A stretch of DNA of 60,097 bases, the filler included. It is 6 parts of 6 records of this genome, joined end to end, with 100 filler letters (N's around TTAATTAATTAA, not from the genome) between each part and the next. Parts side by side here need not be neighbours in the genome. Positions count along the whole stretch, not along the records: positions 1 to 13,984 come from SRR20825019_745; 5 more parts are not named here. One strand, 5' to 3'. Under the pieces are notes generated by a model. The model made no database searches and was not told where the DNA came from. It saw nothing but the letters and a program-made list of their open reading frames with translations. The translations under genes were made by a program, and so were the position numbers. Below, in pieces: positions 1 to 9,899 of the stretch. The stretch's first letter is position 1, and each line of letters begins with the position of its first letter.

Positions 1-353
1 CCCCGATGGAACGCACCCGTATTCTGGACCCGCGCCCGTCCAAGGCACATGTGGACGAAGCCTTGCGCCGCGCCCGTGCCTTGTTGCCTGCATTGAAGGA
101 TATCGGGATGCGTCAAAGCTGGGCGGGTTACATCGACAGCACCCCCGACGGAGTGCCGGTGATCGATCCCGACATCGGCGTGCCGGGGCTGACGCTGGCG
201 GCGGGCCTGTCGGGCCACGGCTTTGGCATCGGTCCGGGGGTGGGGCATCTGGTTGCTGATCTGGTGCTGAACCGCCAGCCGATCACCGAAACCGCCCAGT
301 ACAAGCTGAACCGGTTTGACCAGTCGCAATGGGGCAAGGTTTCGAAATTCTGA
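1..353 (+). CDS. FAD-dependent oxidoreductase (DAO family, AgaE-like), 3' part only
   Basis: C-terminal DAO motifs RILDP...WAGYIDSTPDGVPVI...GLSGHGFGIGPGVG; truncated by window start. Confidence 0.8.
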   Translation, partial: PMERTRILDPRPSKAHVDEALRRARALLPALKDIGMRQSWAGYIDSTPDGVPVIDPDIGVPGLTLAAGLSGHGFGIGPGVGHLVADLVLNRQPITETAQYKLNRFDQSQWGKVSKF

Positions 354-355
354 CC

Positions 356-1495
356 TCATGCCGCAAACCGTTTGATGTCGAAATGGGTCAGCGGCGTATC
401 GCAGCTGCCGGTCGCGATCAGCTCGGCCATGGCGTCACCCACGCCGGGGCCCAATTGGAACCCGTGGCCGCAAAACCCAAACGCGTGGAACAATCCGGGC
501 GTGGTGCCCGACGGCCCCATGACGGGCAGGTCATCGGCCAGATAGCCTTCGCAGCCCGACCACTGTCGGATCACCGCAACATCGCGCAAGGACGGCACCA
601 AGCGCACCACAGTGCGCAACTGCTGCGCCAAGCGGGTGGGATCGGCCGTGGCATGGCCGGTGTCGGGGTTCACCGGTGTGCGGGCGACGCCGCCGCCAAA
701 GACGACATTGCCGCGTTCGACCTGTCGCAGATAGGCGCCAACCTCTTGCGACCACATGCCGACAACCGGCAGGATGCGGTGGGGCAGCGGTTCGGTCACG
801 CCCATTTGCGGGCCATGCATGGTCAACGGCACGTCTTCGCCGAACTGCGCGGCAATCGCCTTGCCCCATGCGCCGGCACAGTTCAGCAACTGCGCGCTTT
901 CCAATGTGCCACGGCTGGTCTGCACGGCAAAGCCGCTATCGGTGGTGGTGATCGCCTGCACCTTGGTGTGGGGCAGAACATTCACCCCCAACCGCGCAGC
1001 GGCGTCGGCAAAGGCGGGTGCAACAAGCCGCGGATTGGCCGACCCGTCCTGCGGCGAGAACGACGCGCCGATGGCGTCCGCGCCCAAACCCGGAAAGCGG
1101 CGGCGCAACTCTGTGGCGTTCAGCTCTTCCAGCGTCAGCCCCCAAGGCGCGGCGGCATCGGCAAAACGGCGCATGTCGGCGCGGCTTTCTTCGTCAAAGA
1201 TCAGGCGCACATGGCCTGTGGCGCGAAACTCGACATCGCGGCCCAGCAATGTTTCGGTTTGCGCCCACAGCGCCCGCGACCGGTGGGCCAGCGGCAGTTG
1301 CGGCAGATAGCGCCCCGTACGCCGGATATTGCCAAAGGACGCGGTGGTGGCCCCGGCACCAATGGAGTTGGGGTCAATCAGCGTGACAGCGATGCCGCGA
1401 CGGGCCAGGAAAAACGCGGCACTTGTGCCCATCAATCCCCCGCCCAAAACGATCACATCCACAGCTTGCCCCCTTGCGTGATTTGTTGCCAGCAT
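356..1495 (-). CDS. FAD-dependent oxidoreductase, opine oxidase subunit B / sarcosine oxidase beta-like
   Basis: GGGLMG dinucleotide-binding motif, DGSANP, FGFCGHGFQLGP; 379 aa. Confidence 0.85.
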   Translation of the reverse strand: MLATNHARGQAVDVIVLGGGLMGTSAAFFLARRGIAVTLIDPNSIGAGATTASFGNIRRTGRYLPQLPLAHRSRALWAQTETLLGRDVEFRATGHVRLIFDEESRADMRRFADAAAPWGLTLEELNATELRRRFPGLGADAIGASFSPQDGSANPRLVAPAFADAAARLGVNVLPHTKVQAITTTDSGFAVQTSRGTLESAQLLNCAGAWGKAIAAQFGEDVPLTMHGPQMGVTEPLPHRILPVVGMWSQEVGAYLRQVERGNVVFGGGVARTPVNPDTGHATADPTRLAQQLRTVVRLVPSLRDVAVIRQWSGCEGYLADDLPVMGPSGTTPGLFHAFGFCGHGFQLGPGVGDAMAELIATGSCDTPLTHFDIKRFAA

Positions 1496-1543
1496 CAGAC
1501 CGCAAAGGGTGGCTCCACGTCAAAGACCGGATATGATATAGGT

Positions 1544-1560
1544 CATAAGTCGAACTTATG
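1544..1560. promoter_or_regulatory. LysR-type operator (T-N11-A palindrome) CATAAGT-CGA-ACTTATG
   Basis: Perfect 7-bp dyad between the divergent oxidoreductase and lysR. Confidence 0.75.
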
Positions 1561-1568
1561 GGGGTGCC

Positions 1569-2459
1569 ATGCGCGCACGACAGCTTGAAGTGTTCACCGC
1601 CGTGATGCGGGTGGGAACGGTGACAGGGGCGGCGCAGTCGCTGAACATCTCACAGCCTGCGCTCAGTCAGATCTTGCTGCATTGCGAGGACGAACTGGGG
1701 TTCAAGCTGTTCGACCGCGAAAAGGGTCGGCTGCGACCCACCGCCGAGGCGCTGGAAATCCACGCCGAGGCTGAACGGCTGTTTGCAGGTCTCGAGGGGC
1801 TGCGGCGCAAGACGCAGGACTTGCGACTGGGACGGGCGGGGGTGGTGCGGGTCGCCGCGTCGGTGCCGCCTGCGATGGCGTTGCTGCCCGATATTCTGGC
1901 CCGCTACCGTGCCGGATATCCTGACGTTCTGCTGCGCTCGCACGTGGCTCCCATCACGTCGCTGATCGCGTTGTTGCGCGCGGGCGATGCGGCCTTTGCG
2001 ATGGCGATGGACGACCAGATGACACCCGACATCATGGTCGAACGTCTGGGCGTCACCACCTTTTGCTGTCTGCTGCCCAATGACCATCAACTGGTCGACC
2101 AGGACACCGTGTCCTTTGAGGACCTGCAAGCGGAAACGGTTATCTCCTATCGTAGCCCGACCCGTCCAAGGGTCGAGTTGGACAAGGCCGCGCGGGCGCA
2201 GGGGCTGGACTTTTCTGCCCAGCTCGAGATCGAGGTGTCCATTTCCGCGGTGGGTTTCGTTCAGGCTGGGTTGGGCGTTGCAGTGGTCGATGCTCTGATG
2301 CCCTGGCACCAGTTTCAGGGCGTCACCACCCGTCCGCTGCAAGACAGTCCAAAGCTGCCTTTGTCCCTGCTGACGCTGGCGGGCAAAACCCTGTCGCGTG
2401 CCGAAGAAGGGATGCGCGACGAGATTCGCAAGCTTTGCGCCGAGCGGTTGATCCCGTAG
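1569..2459 (+). CDS. LysR family transcriptional regulator
   Basis: N-terminal HTH (GTVTGAAQSLNISQPALSQ...LGFKLFDR...PTAEA), 296 aa. Confidence 0.95.
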   Translation: MRARQLEVFTAVMRVGTVTGAAQSLNISQPALSQILLHCEDELGFKLFDREKGRLRPTAEALEIHAEAERLFAGLEGLRRKTQDLRLGRAGVVRVAASVPPAMALLPDILARYRAGYPDVLLRSHVAPITSLIALLRAGDAAFAMAMDDQMTPDIMVERLGVTTFCCLLPNDHQLVDQDTVSFEDLQAETVISYRSPTRPRVELDKAARAQGLDFSAQLEIEVSISAVGFVQAGLGVAVVDALMPWHQFQGVTTRPLQDSPKLPLSLLTLAGKTLSRAEEGMRDEIRKLCAERLIP

Positions 2460-2460
2460 C

Positions 2461-2477
2461 CATAAGTTCGACTTATG
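2461..2477. promoter_or_regulatory. Second LysR operator CATAAGT-TCG-ACTTATG
   Basis: Exact reverse complement of the 1544-1560 site, about 90 nt upstream of the hydantoinase operon. Confidence 0.75.
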
Positions 2478-2564
2478 GTCTGCCCCTGCATAGGTCTTGG
2501 ACCCCTGCCGCACTTTCTGATGGTTTGAGCGGGAACGCATCGAACCTGACGAAAGGACGTTATT

Positions 2565-4631
2565 ATGGATGGCGCAACACAGCCCAAACCCGATTGGAAG
2601 ATCGGGGTCGATATTGGCGGTACTTTCATGGATTTCTGCGCGCTTGAAACCGTGTCAGGCCGCGTTGCATCGCTCAAGGTGCTGACGACACCTGATGATC
2701 CGGGGGCCGAACTGTTGGACGGTTTGCGCCTGCTGGCCGAACGCGAGGGGCTGGACCCGGCATATGTCACGCGGTTCGTGCATGGCACCACGGTCGGGAT
2801 CAACACGATCATCCAGCGCAAGGGGGCCAAACTGGCACTGATCACCAATGCAGGTTTCGAAGACGTGATCGAACTGGCGCGGTTGCGGATGCCGGATATG
2901 TATTCGCTGTTCTGCCACCGGCCCGATCCGCTGATTGGCCGCGACATGGTGTTCGGCGTGCCGGTGCGGATGCGCGCCGACGGGTCCGAAGCACTGGCGC
3001 CCGACGCCGCCTCGGTCGCAGACGCCGCGCGTCAGGCGCAGGCAGCCGGTGCGGATGGCGTGATCGTGGCCCTTTTGCACAGTTGGCGCGACACCACCCA
3101 AGAGGCAGCGGTCAAGGCGATGATCGAAGCAGCCACGCCGGAAATGTTCGTTTTCACCTCCTCCGAGGTCTGGCCGGTGATCCGTGAATATGAACGCACC
3201 TCGACCGCGATCCTGAACGGCTATGTGCACCCGCGCGTTGCGGGGTATCTGACCGCGCTGGAAAGCCGTCTGGATGCTCAGGGCGTTCCGGCCAAGGCTA
3301 TGCTGACACGTTCAAACGGCGGGTTGATGAGCGCGGGGCAGGGGCGGCGCGACTGCGTGTCAATGTTGCTGTCCGGCACCGCCTCGGGTGTTATCGGCGC
3401 GTCGTGGCTGGCACGCCAGGCGGGCGAAGCGCGGGTGCTGACACTGGACATTGGCGGCACCTCGGCGGACTTTGCGCTGATCGTGGATGGCGAAGTGCAA
3501 TATGGCACGGATGAACAAGTCGGAGAATTTCCGCTGCACATCCCGTCGGTCTCTGTCAGCTCGATCGGCATCGGCGGCGGGTCGATCGCCACCCTGGGCG
3601 CACTTGGCGTGTTGCGCGTCGGTCCTGAATCCGCGGGATCAAACCCCGGTCCGGCCTGCTATGGCCGTGGCGGCACCGATGCAACGGTGACCGATGCGCT
3701 GGCGGTGTGTGGCTGGCTGGGGCATTCCGAAATGGCCTATGGCCAGTTGCGCATGAACGTCGATCTGGCGCGTCAGGCCGTGGGTGTGCTGGCCGAACAA
3801 CTGGGCCGCAGCGTCGAGGAAACGGCGCAGGCGATCATCGACATCGCCGTGTCCGAAATGTTCGTCGAGGTGGAAAAACTGTGTTCGCGCGCGGGCGTCG
3901 ACCTGCGGGACTTTGCCCTGATGCCCTTTGGCGGCGGCGGCCCGATGCTGGGCGCGTTTCTGGCCCAGGAACTGGGTATGTCCCGCGTGATCGCGCCGCG
4001 CCGCCCCGGTGTGGTGTCGGCGCTGGGCGGGCTGGTGGCTGACCTGCGCGGCGATTTCATCCGCACGGTCTATGCCCCGCTTGAGGCGGCGACGCTGCCG
4101 CAGCTCAAACAGGACTTTGCCGCGCTGGCGGACGAAGGCCGCGCATGGCTGGACGCTCAGGGTTTTGAGGGCACCGCCGATCTGCGATTGTCCGCAGACA
4201 TGCGCTACGCAGGCCAAAGTTTCGAAATCGAGGTGGCGTTGTCCCCCGACTGGCTGGGCTCGGCCGACCAGATCGCGGCGGCCTTTCACCAAACCCACAA
4301 ACGCATCTACGACTTTGAAGACCCCGACGGAAAGGTCGAACTGGTCAACCTGCGCCTTTCCGCACTCGGGGGCGCGCCAAAGCCCACGTTCCCGGTGTCG
4401 CAAGCCACGCAAGAACAGGCCACGGCGGACCGTCATGTGCCGGTCTGGATCAACGGCTGGCGTGATGTGCCGATCTATGACCGCGCCCAACTGGGCGGCG
4501 GTGCGGTGTTCGACGGCCCCGCGATTGTGGCGCAGGAGGACACGACCTTTGCCGTGCCGCCGGGTGCCCGTGCCCACGTCGACGCCCATCTGAACATTCA
4601 CCTTAGCCTCGTGGAGCAATCCGATGTCTGA
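2565..4631 (+). CDS. Hydantoinase/oxoprolinase family, ATP-binding subunit A
   Basis: GVDIGGTFMD, HGTTVGIN, REYERTST, DIGGTSAD, VGPESAGSNPGPACYGRGG. Confidence 0.93.
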   Translation: MDGATQPKPDWKIGVDIGGTFMDFCALETVSGRVASLKVLTTPDDPGAELLDGLRLLAEREGLDPAYVTRFVHGTTVGINTIIQRKGAKLALITNAGFEDVIELARLRMPDMYSLFCHRPDPLIGRDMVFGVPVRMRADGSEALAPDAASVADAARQAQAAGADGVIVALLHSWRDTTQEAAVKAMIEAATPEMFVFTSSEVWPVIREYERTSTAILNGYVHPRVAGYLTALESRLDAQGVPAKAMLTRSNGGLMSAGQGRRDCVSMLLSGTASGVIGASWLARQAGEARVLTLDIGGTSADFALIVDGEVQYGTDEQVGEFPLHIPSVSVSSIGIGGGSIATLGALGVLRVGPESAGSNPGPACYGRGGTDATVTDALAVCGWLGHSEMAYGQLRMNVDLARQAVGVLAEQLGRSVEETAQAIIDIAVSEMFVEVEKLCSRAGVDLRDFALMPFGGGGPMLGAFLAQELGMSRVIAPRRPGVVSALGGLVADLRGDFIRTVYAPLEAATLPQLKQDFAALADEGRAWLDAQGFEGTADLRLSADMRYAGQSFEIEVALSPDWLGSADQIAAAFHQTHKRIYDFEDPDGKVELVNLRLSALGGAPKPTFPVSQATQEQATADRHVPVWINGWRDVPIYDRAQLGGGAVFDGPAIVAQEDTTFAVPPGARAHVDAHLNIHLSLVEQSDV

Positions 4632-6609
4632 TAAAATGACCCTTCAGGTGCTGGCCAACCACGCGCGCGCCGCTGCCGAAAACATGGCCCACACCCTGCA
4701 CCGCACCGCGCATTCCGCCTTTGTCAAGGAAACGCAGGACTTTACCGTTCTGCTGATGGACAAGATCGGCGACACCTTTGCCGTCCCCATGGATCTGGGG
4801 GCCACCTGGTATCCCGGCCTGTCCCACGGATCGGCGATCAACATGGTCGATGATTACCGCCCGGGCGACGTGGCGTTTACCAACGACCCCTATTCCGGTC
4901 AGGTCGCCACCCACACACCGGACACGCACCTGTGGCGTCCGATCTTTGACGGTGACGATATCGTCGCCTTTGCAGGTGGGCACATCCACAACACCGACAT
5001 GGGCGGTGCGGTGCCTGCATCGCTGTCCCGCTCGCTGACCGAGATTCATCAGGAAGGCATCCGCTTTCCCCCGATGAAGCTGGTGAACGAGGGCGTCTTT
5101 GACCCGCAAATCCTGCGGATCATGGAAACCAACGTGCGCAAGCCCGCGCTGAACATCGGTGACATCAAGGCACTGGCCGGCGCGCTCAGCACGGGCGAGC
5201 GCAAGGTGCAGGCGATGATCGCGCGCTTTGGCAAGACCGGGTTCCTGCAAGGCGTCAGCGCGCTGATGGATCAGTCCGAGGCGCAGGCGCGTGACATTCT
5301 CAGGGCAGTACCCGACGGTGAATACGTCTTTGCCGACTATGCCGACGAAGACAGCGACGAGGCGAACCCATGCCGCCTGAAGCTGACGCTGCGGATCACC
5401 GATGACAGCGCCGTGCTGGACTTTACCGGGTCGGACCCGCAACTGGCGTCGTCGCTGAACGTGCCGTCGGGCGGCAACCCGCGTCATACCATCCTGTTGG
5501 TGGGGGTCTATTATGTGCTTTACACGCTCAACCCGCGTCTGTTGCTGAATTCGGGCATGACGCGGCCCTTTACCTGCATTGCACCCGAAGGCACCGTTCT
5601 GAACCCCGTGGAACCTGCCGCCGTGGGCATGCGGTCGCTGACCTGCGCGCGGCTGCGGTCGGTGATCTTCGGAGCGTTCTCGCAGGCTGTTCCCGACAGG
5701 ATGCCCGCAGCGCCTGCTGGCAACAACTGCATCGTCAACGTGATGACACGCGACGAGCGCACGCAGAAGACGGTGATTGCCGCCGTCAATCCGGTGGTCG
5801 GCGGCGGTGGCGGGATGCCGCATCGGGACGGGTCGAACGGGTCGGGTGCGGATGCCGCTTACCTGAAAAACACACCCATCGAGATCACCGAGACCGAGGT
5901 GCCGGTGGAGTTCGTGAAATACGGTCTGGCCCAGGACAGCGGCGGGGCAGGGTACTGGCGCGGCGGGCTGGCGACCGAAATGGCGTTCCGTGTCTTTTCC
6001 CCCGACACGCGCATCACCGCACGCAACCGAGACCGGTCGTTCTTTCGCCCGTGGGGTACTCTTGGCGGCCATGCGGCAGGTCTGTCCGACATGATGATCA
6101 ACCCCGGCACGCCACAGGCGCGGCCTTTGGGCAATGTCGACACCGCAATTCTGGAGCCGGGCGACGTGCTTGAAATCCGCTCGGCCGGTGGTGGCGGGCG
6201 CGGTGATCCGTTGCAGCGACCGACTGCACGGGTCGCGCGGGATGTCGTTGGTGGCTATGTCTCGGTCGATGCAGCCCGCCGTGAATATGGCGTGGTCATC
6301 ACCGACGGCGTGGTGGACGAAGACGCGACCACAGCACTGCGCGCGTCCATGACGCCCCACACCCAGCATTTCCACTTTGGCCCCGAACGCAACGGTTACG
6401 AGGCACAGTGGACCGATGCGGCCTATGACCTGCTGACCCAAATCCTGGCGGACCTGCCGATCCACTGGCGGTTCTTCACCAAGACCGAGATTTTCCGCCG
6501 GATGAAAGGCCGCAAAGGGCCCGAAGGTGTCACCGCAGCCTTCGCCGAGGTCTGCGAACGGTTCCCCGCGCTGCCCCATGCGGCGCCCCTGAAAGAGGCT
6601 GCGGAATGA
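4624..6609 (+). CDS. Hydantoinase B / oxoprolinase subunit B
   Basis: NDPY..HTPD, HNTDMGG..PAS, EIHQEG, DSGGAG..RGG, GGGGRGDP; overlaps subunit A stop. Confidence 0.93.
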   Translation: MSDKMTLQVLANHARAAAENMAHTLHRTAHSAFVKETQDFTVLLMDKIGDTFAVPMDLGATWYPGLSHGSAINMVDDYRPGDVAFTNDPYSGQVATHTPDTHLWRPIFDGDDIVAFAGGHIHNTDMGGAVPASLSRSLTEIHQEGIRFPPMKLVNEGVFDPQILRIMETNVRKPALNIGDIKALAGALSTGERKVQAMIARFGKTGFLQGVSALMDQSEAQARDILRAVPDGEYVFADYADEDSDEANPCRLKLTLRITDDSAVLDFTGSDPQLASSLNVPSGGNPRHTILLVGVYYVLYTLNPRLLLNSGMTRPFTCIAPEGTVLNPVEPAAVGMRSLTCARLRSVIFGAFSQAVPDRMPAAPAGNNCIVNVMTRDERTQKTVIAAVNPVVGGGGGMPHRDGSNGSGADAAYLKNTPIEITETEVPVEFVKYGLAQDSGGAGYWRGGLATEMAFRVFSPDTRITARNRDRSFFRPWGTLGGHAAGLSDMMINPGTPQARPLGNVDTAILEPGDVLEIRSAGGGGRGDPLQRPTARVARDVVGGYVSVDAARREYGVVITDGVVDEDATTALRASMTPHTQHFHFGPERNGYEAQWTDAAYDLLTQILADLPIHWRFFTKTEIFRRMKGRKGPEGVTAAFAEVCERFPALPHAAPLKEAAE

Positions 6610-6920
6610 CAGGACGGCTTGTCCGGCTGGCTGAAACGGCGCGCCCGAAGGTGTCGTTCACCTTTGACGGGGTGGTGATGACGGGGCTGGCAGGAGACAC
6701 CGTGCTGACGGCGATTCTGGCGGAACGCGGCGCCTTGCGACAGGCCGAATTCGGCCCCGAACAGCGGTCCGGCTTTTGCCTGATGGGGGCCTGTCAGGAC
6801 TGCTGGATCTGGCAGGAGGACGGCGTGCGCCTGCGGGCGTGCTCGACCGCGTTGCAAGCGGGCATGCGTCTGCGGTCCGCCGCGACGGATGCATGGCCCG
6901 CAACCGGTGACGCGCCATGA
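6606..6920 (+). CDS. (2Fe-2S)-binding subunit of opine/HCN-synthase-like oxidase
   Basis: CLMGACQDC...RLRAC motif; ATGA coupling on both sides. Confidence 0.88.
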   Translation: MTGRLVRLAETARPKVSFTFDGVVMTGLAGDTVLTAILAERGALRQAEFGPEQRSGFCLMGACQDCWIWQEDGVRLRACSTALQAGMRLRSAATDAWPATGDAP

Positions 6921-8290
6921 CACGGGTGCTGATCGTCGGCGCAGGCCCCGCAGGTATCCGCGCGGCGCAGCGGTTGGTGGCAGCGGGCTTGCATCCCGTT
7001 GTCGTGGACGAGGGCACGAGGGCCGGTGGCCAGATCTATCGCCGCCCGCCCGAGGGGTTCAAGCGCCCCGCCCGGACGCTCTACGGATCAGAGGCGGACA
7101 AGGCCGTCGCCCTGCACGGCTGTTTCGACAGCATGCTTGAGGCGGCGCAACTCAGCTATCATCCGCGCAGTTCCGTCGTCGCATTGGAAGGGCAGGCGGC
7201 GCAGGTTCTGGGGCCGCAGGGTGTCGAGACCATTGAATATGACAAGCTGATCCTTGCGACAGGTGCCACCGACAGGCTGGCACCGGTTCCGGGGTGGCAA
7301 AGCGCGGGCGTCTATTCACTGGGCGCGACGCAGATCGCGCTGAAATCGCAGGGCGTGGCGCTGGGACGGCGCATGGTTCTGGCCGGATCGGGACCATTGC
7401 TGACGCTTGTCGCGTCACAACTGCGCAAGGCGGGCGCACAGGTTGTGGCGGTGCTGGACACCGCGCCGCTGACCACACAGGCGGCGGGCGCCTTTGGCAT
7501 GGCGCTGGCACGCCCCCGTGTCACTTTGCGCGGTGCCGCACTGCGGGCGGGTCTGGGGCGCAGCTATCACGCAGGCGTCACGCTGACGCGGATCGTGACG
7601 GACACCACGGGGCCGACGGCGATCCACTGGCAGGATGCGCGGGGGCGTGACCACGCTACGTCCTGCGATATGGTGGGCCTGGGCTGGCATCTCAGAGCCG
7701 AAACACACCTCACCGATCTTGCAGGTGTTTCAATGGCTTGGGATCAGGTGTCTCACCAATGGCTGCCCGAAACAGATGCCATGGGCCGTGCCGCTGCGGG
7801 CGTGTACCTGGCAGGTGACGGGATGCGGATACTGGGCGCAGATGGCGCGGAACTGGCCGGAAAAATCGCTGCCAGCGCCTGTTTGCAGGACCTCGGGATG
7901 GCTGCCCCCGACACGGGCCGCGAGTTGAAGGAATTGCGCCGGATGCAACGCTTTGCCAGCGCCATGCAGCGGGCGTTTCCGTGGCCTGCGCAGATGGTCC
8001 GTGCGCTGCCCGCAGACACTGTCCTGTGCCGTTGCGAAGGCATCAGCGTTGGCGACCTGCGCACAACTTTGTCCCTGTCCGGCCCCGAAGCGAACCGCGC
8101 GAAATCCTTGTCGCGTGTCGGCATGGGACGGTGTCAGGGGCGCTATTGCCAGCTTGCCGGAGCCGAGATTCTGGCCGCCGAATCCGGCGTTTCGGTCGCC
8201 AAGATCGGACGGTTGCGCAGCCAGCCACCCGTGCGTCCGGCGCCGATCAGCGCCTATCTGGAGAAGGCACCGGATGCGCGCACGAAATAA
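6917..8290 (+). CDS. Opine oxidase subunit A-like FAD/NAD(P) oxidoreductase with C-terminal BFD-like 2Fe-2S
   Basis: GAGPAG, GGQIYR, ILATGATD, CRCE...RVGMGRCQGRYC...RSQPPVRP. Confidence 0.88.
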   Translation: MTRVLIVGAGPAGIRAAQRLVAAGLHPVVVDEGTRAGGQIYRRPPEGFKRPARTLYGSEADKAVALHGCFDSMLEAAQLSYHPRSSVVALEGQAAQVLGPQGVETIEYDKLILATGATDRLAPVPGWQSAGVYSLGATQIALKSQGVALGRRMVLAGSGPLLTLVASQLRKAGAQVVAVLDTAPLTTQAAGAFGMALARPRVTLRGAALRAGLGRSYHAGVTLTRIVTDTTGPTAIHWQDARGRDHATSCDMVGLGWHLRAETHLTDLAGVSMAWDQVSHQWLPETDAMGRAAAGVYLAGDGMRILGADGAELAGKIAASACLQDLGMAAPDTGRELKELRRMQRFASAMQRAFPWPAQMVRALPADTVLCRCEGISVGDLRTTLSLSGPEANRAKSLSRVGMGRCQGRYCQLAGAEILAAESGVSVAKIGRLRSQPPVRPAPISAYLEKAPDARTK

Positions 8291-8405
8291 TCTGCTGCCG
8301 CCGACAGTCTGATGGCGGATGATGCCGGGCAACCGGCACTTTCGGCACCCGTTTGTACATACTCCCGGCGATCATGTACGTAATTCTAGCAACACGAGGT
8401 GCCCG

Positions 8406-9869
8406 ATGTCCTTTGCCTATGACCCCAGCGATCTGACCCTTCCCAATGCGCATTTTATCGGCGGAGAATATGTCGCTGGCGCTGCGGCGCTGAACGTCGT
8501 GTCGCCGTCCACCGGTGCAATCATCGGGGAAATCCCCTGCGCAGATGTGGATGTGGTGGACCGCGCTGTTCAATCTGCGCGCACGGCGCTGGCCACGTCG
8601 AACTGGGGCGGGATGCAGCCCCGTGAACGGACGCGCGCCCTGTGCGCCTGGGCCGATCTGATGGAAGCCGAAGCCGAAACGCTGGCGGGACTTGAAGCGA
8701 TCTGTTCGTCACGTCCCTATGCACACGTGCTGACAGGTGACATCGTGGTGACGGCTGAACAAATCCGGTTCTTTGCCGAGCTTGCGGACAAGGAATGCGG
8801 CGCGCTGGCACCGGTGTCGGACAGCCACTTTGGCTATATCGCGGATGAACCTTACGGCGTGATCGGCGCTATTACACCGTGGAATTTCCCGATCTCGATG
8901 GCGGGCTGGAAACTGGGACCGGCGCTGGCCGCAGGCAATGCCGTGGTGCTGAAGCCGTCCGAGATGACGCCCTATTCCACCCTGTTCATGGCCGAACTGG
9001 CAGTGCGGGCGGGCATTCCTGCGGGCATTTTCAACGTGGTGCTGGGCGATGGCCTGACCACTGGGGCCGCCATCACAGGACATGCGGGCATCGACAAGGT
9101 GTCGTTCACAGGTTCGACCCGCGCGGGCGGGGCCATCATGGAAAACATCGCGCGCACCGGCATCAAGCCGATGACGCTGGAGCTGGGAGGCAAAAGCCCG
9201 ATGGTGGTCTTTGCCGACGCCGATCTGGATCTGGCGGCGGATTGCCTGGACCGCGGGATCATGTCCAACGCGGGCCAGGCCTGTGTGTCCGGCTCGCGGA
9301 TGATCGTGGCGCAGGAGGTGGCTGACGAACTGGCGGCCAAGCTGACCCAGCGATTTGCGCGCTACCGTCCGGCAGACACTTTCGCAGCCGAGCCGGGGTT
9401 TTCCCCGATCATTTCGGAAACGCAACTGCGCCGGATCGACGGCATCGTGCAGGCATCGGGCGCGCAAGGTGCCGAGATGCTGTGCGGCGCTGCGCGATTT
9501 GACCACGAAGGCAGCTATTACCAGCCGACGTTGATCACCGGCGTGGATGACACCAACCCAGCGGTGCGTGAGGAAATTTTCGGCCCCGTGGCGACGTTCC
9601 AGACCTTCGCTTCCGAAGACGAGGCTATGGCTCTGGCCCACCACGCCACCTATGGCTTGTGCGCAGGCCTGTTCACACGCGACCTCAGCCGTGCGATGCG
9701 GCTGACACGCAAGCTTGAGGCGGGGACGGTCTGGGTGAACAGATATGGCCGCTCGCGCGATCACATACTGCCCACGACCGGCTGGAAATCCAGCGGGCTG
9801 GGCCACGATCTGGGTCGCGAGGCCTATCACGCCAACCGGCGCAAGAAATCGGTGCTGATCGACCTGTAA
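8406..9869 (+). CDS. Aldehyde dehydrogenase
   Basis: ITPWNFP, FTGS, LELGGKSP, NAGQAC, EEIFGP; start moved to the ATG after the GAGGT RBS. Confidence 0.93.
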   Translation: MSFAYDPSDLTLPNAHFIGGEYVAGAAALNVVSPSTGAIIGEIPCADVDVVDRAVQSARTALATSNWGGMQPRERTRALCAWADLMEAEAETLAGLEAICSSRPYAHVLTGDIVVTAEQIRFFAELADKECGALAPVSDSHFGYIADEPYGVIGAITPWNFPISMAGWKLGPALAAGNAVVLKPSEMTPYSTLFMAELAVRAGIPAGIFNVVLGDGLTTGAAITGHAGIDKVSFTGSTRAGGAIMENIARTGIKPMTLELGGKSPMVVFADADLDLAADCLDRGIMSNAGQACVSGSRMIVAQEVADELAAKLTQRFARYRPADTFAAEPGFSPIISETQLRRIDGIVQASGAQGAEMLCGAARFDHEGSYYQPTLITGVDDTNPAVREEIFGPVATFQTFASEDEAMALAHHATYGLCAGLFTRDLSRAMRLTRKLEAGTVWVNRYGRSRDHILPTTGWKSSGLGHDLGREAYHANRRKKSVLIDL

Positions 9870-9899
9870 CACGGATCGGGCACTCTGAAGGAGAACGAC

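Noticed and set aside
1544-2477. lysR as an invertible or mobile cassette
   Set aside because: No recombinase or target duplication; T-N11-A operators explain the repeats better
4603-6579. Long antisense ORFs (also 329-1588, 8709-10436, 49172-50098)
   Set aside because: Shadows of well-supported genes in high-GC DNA
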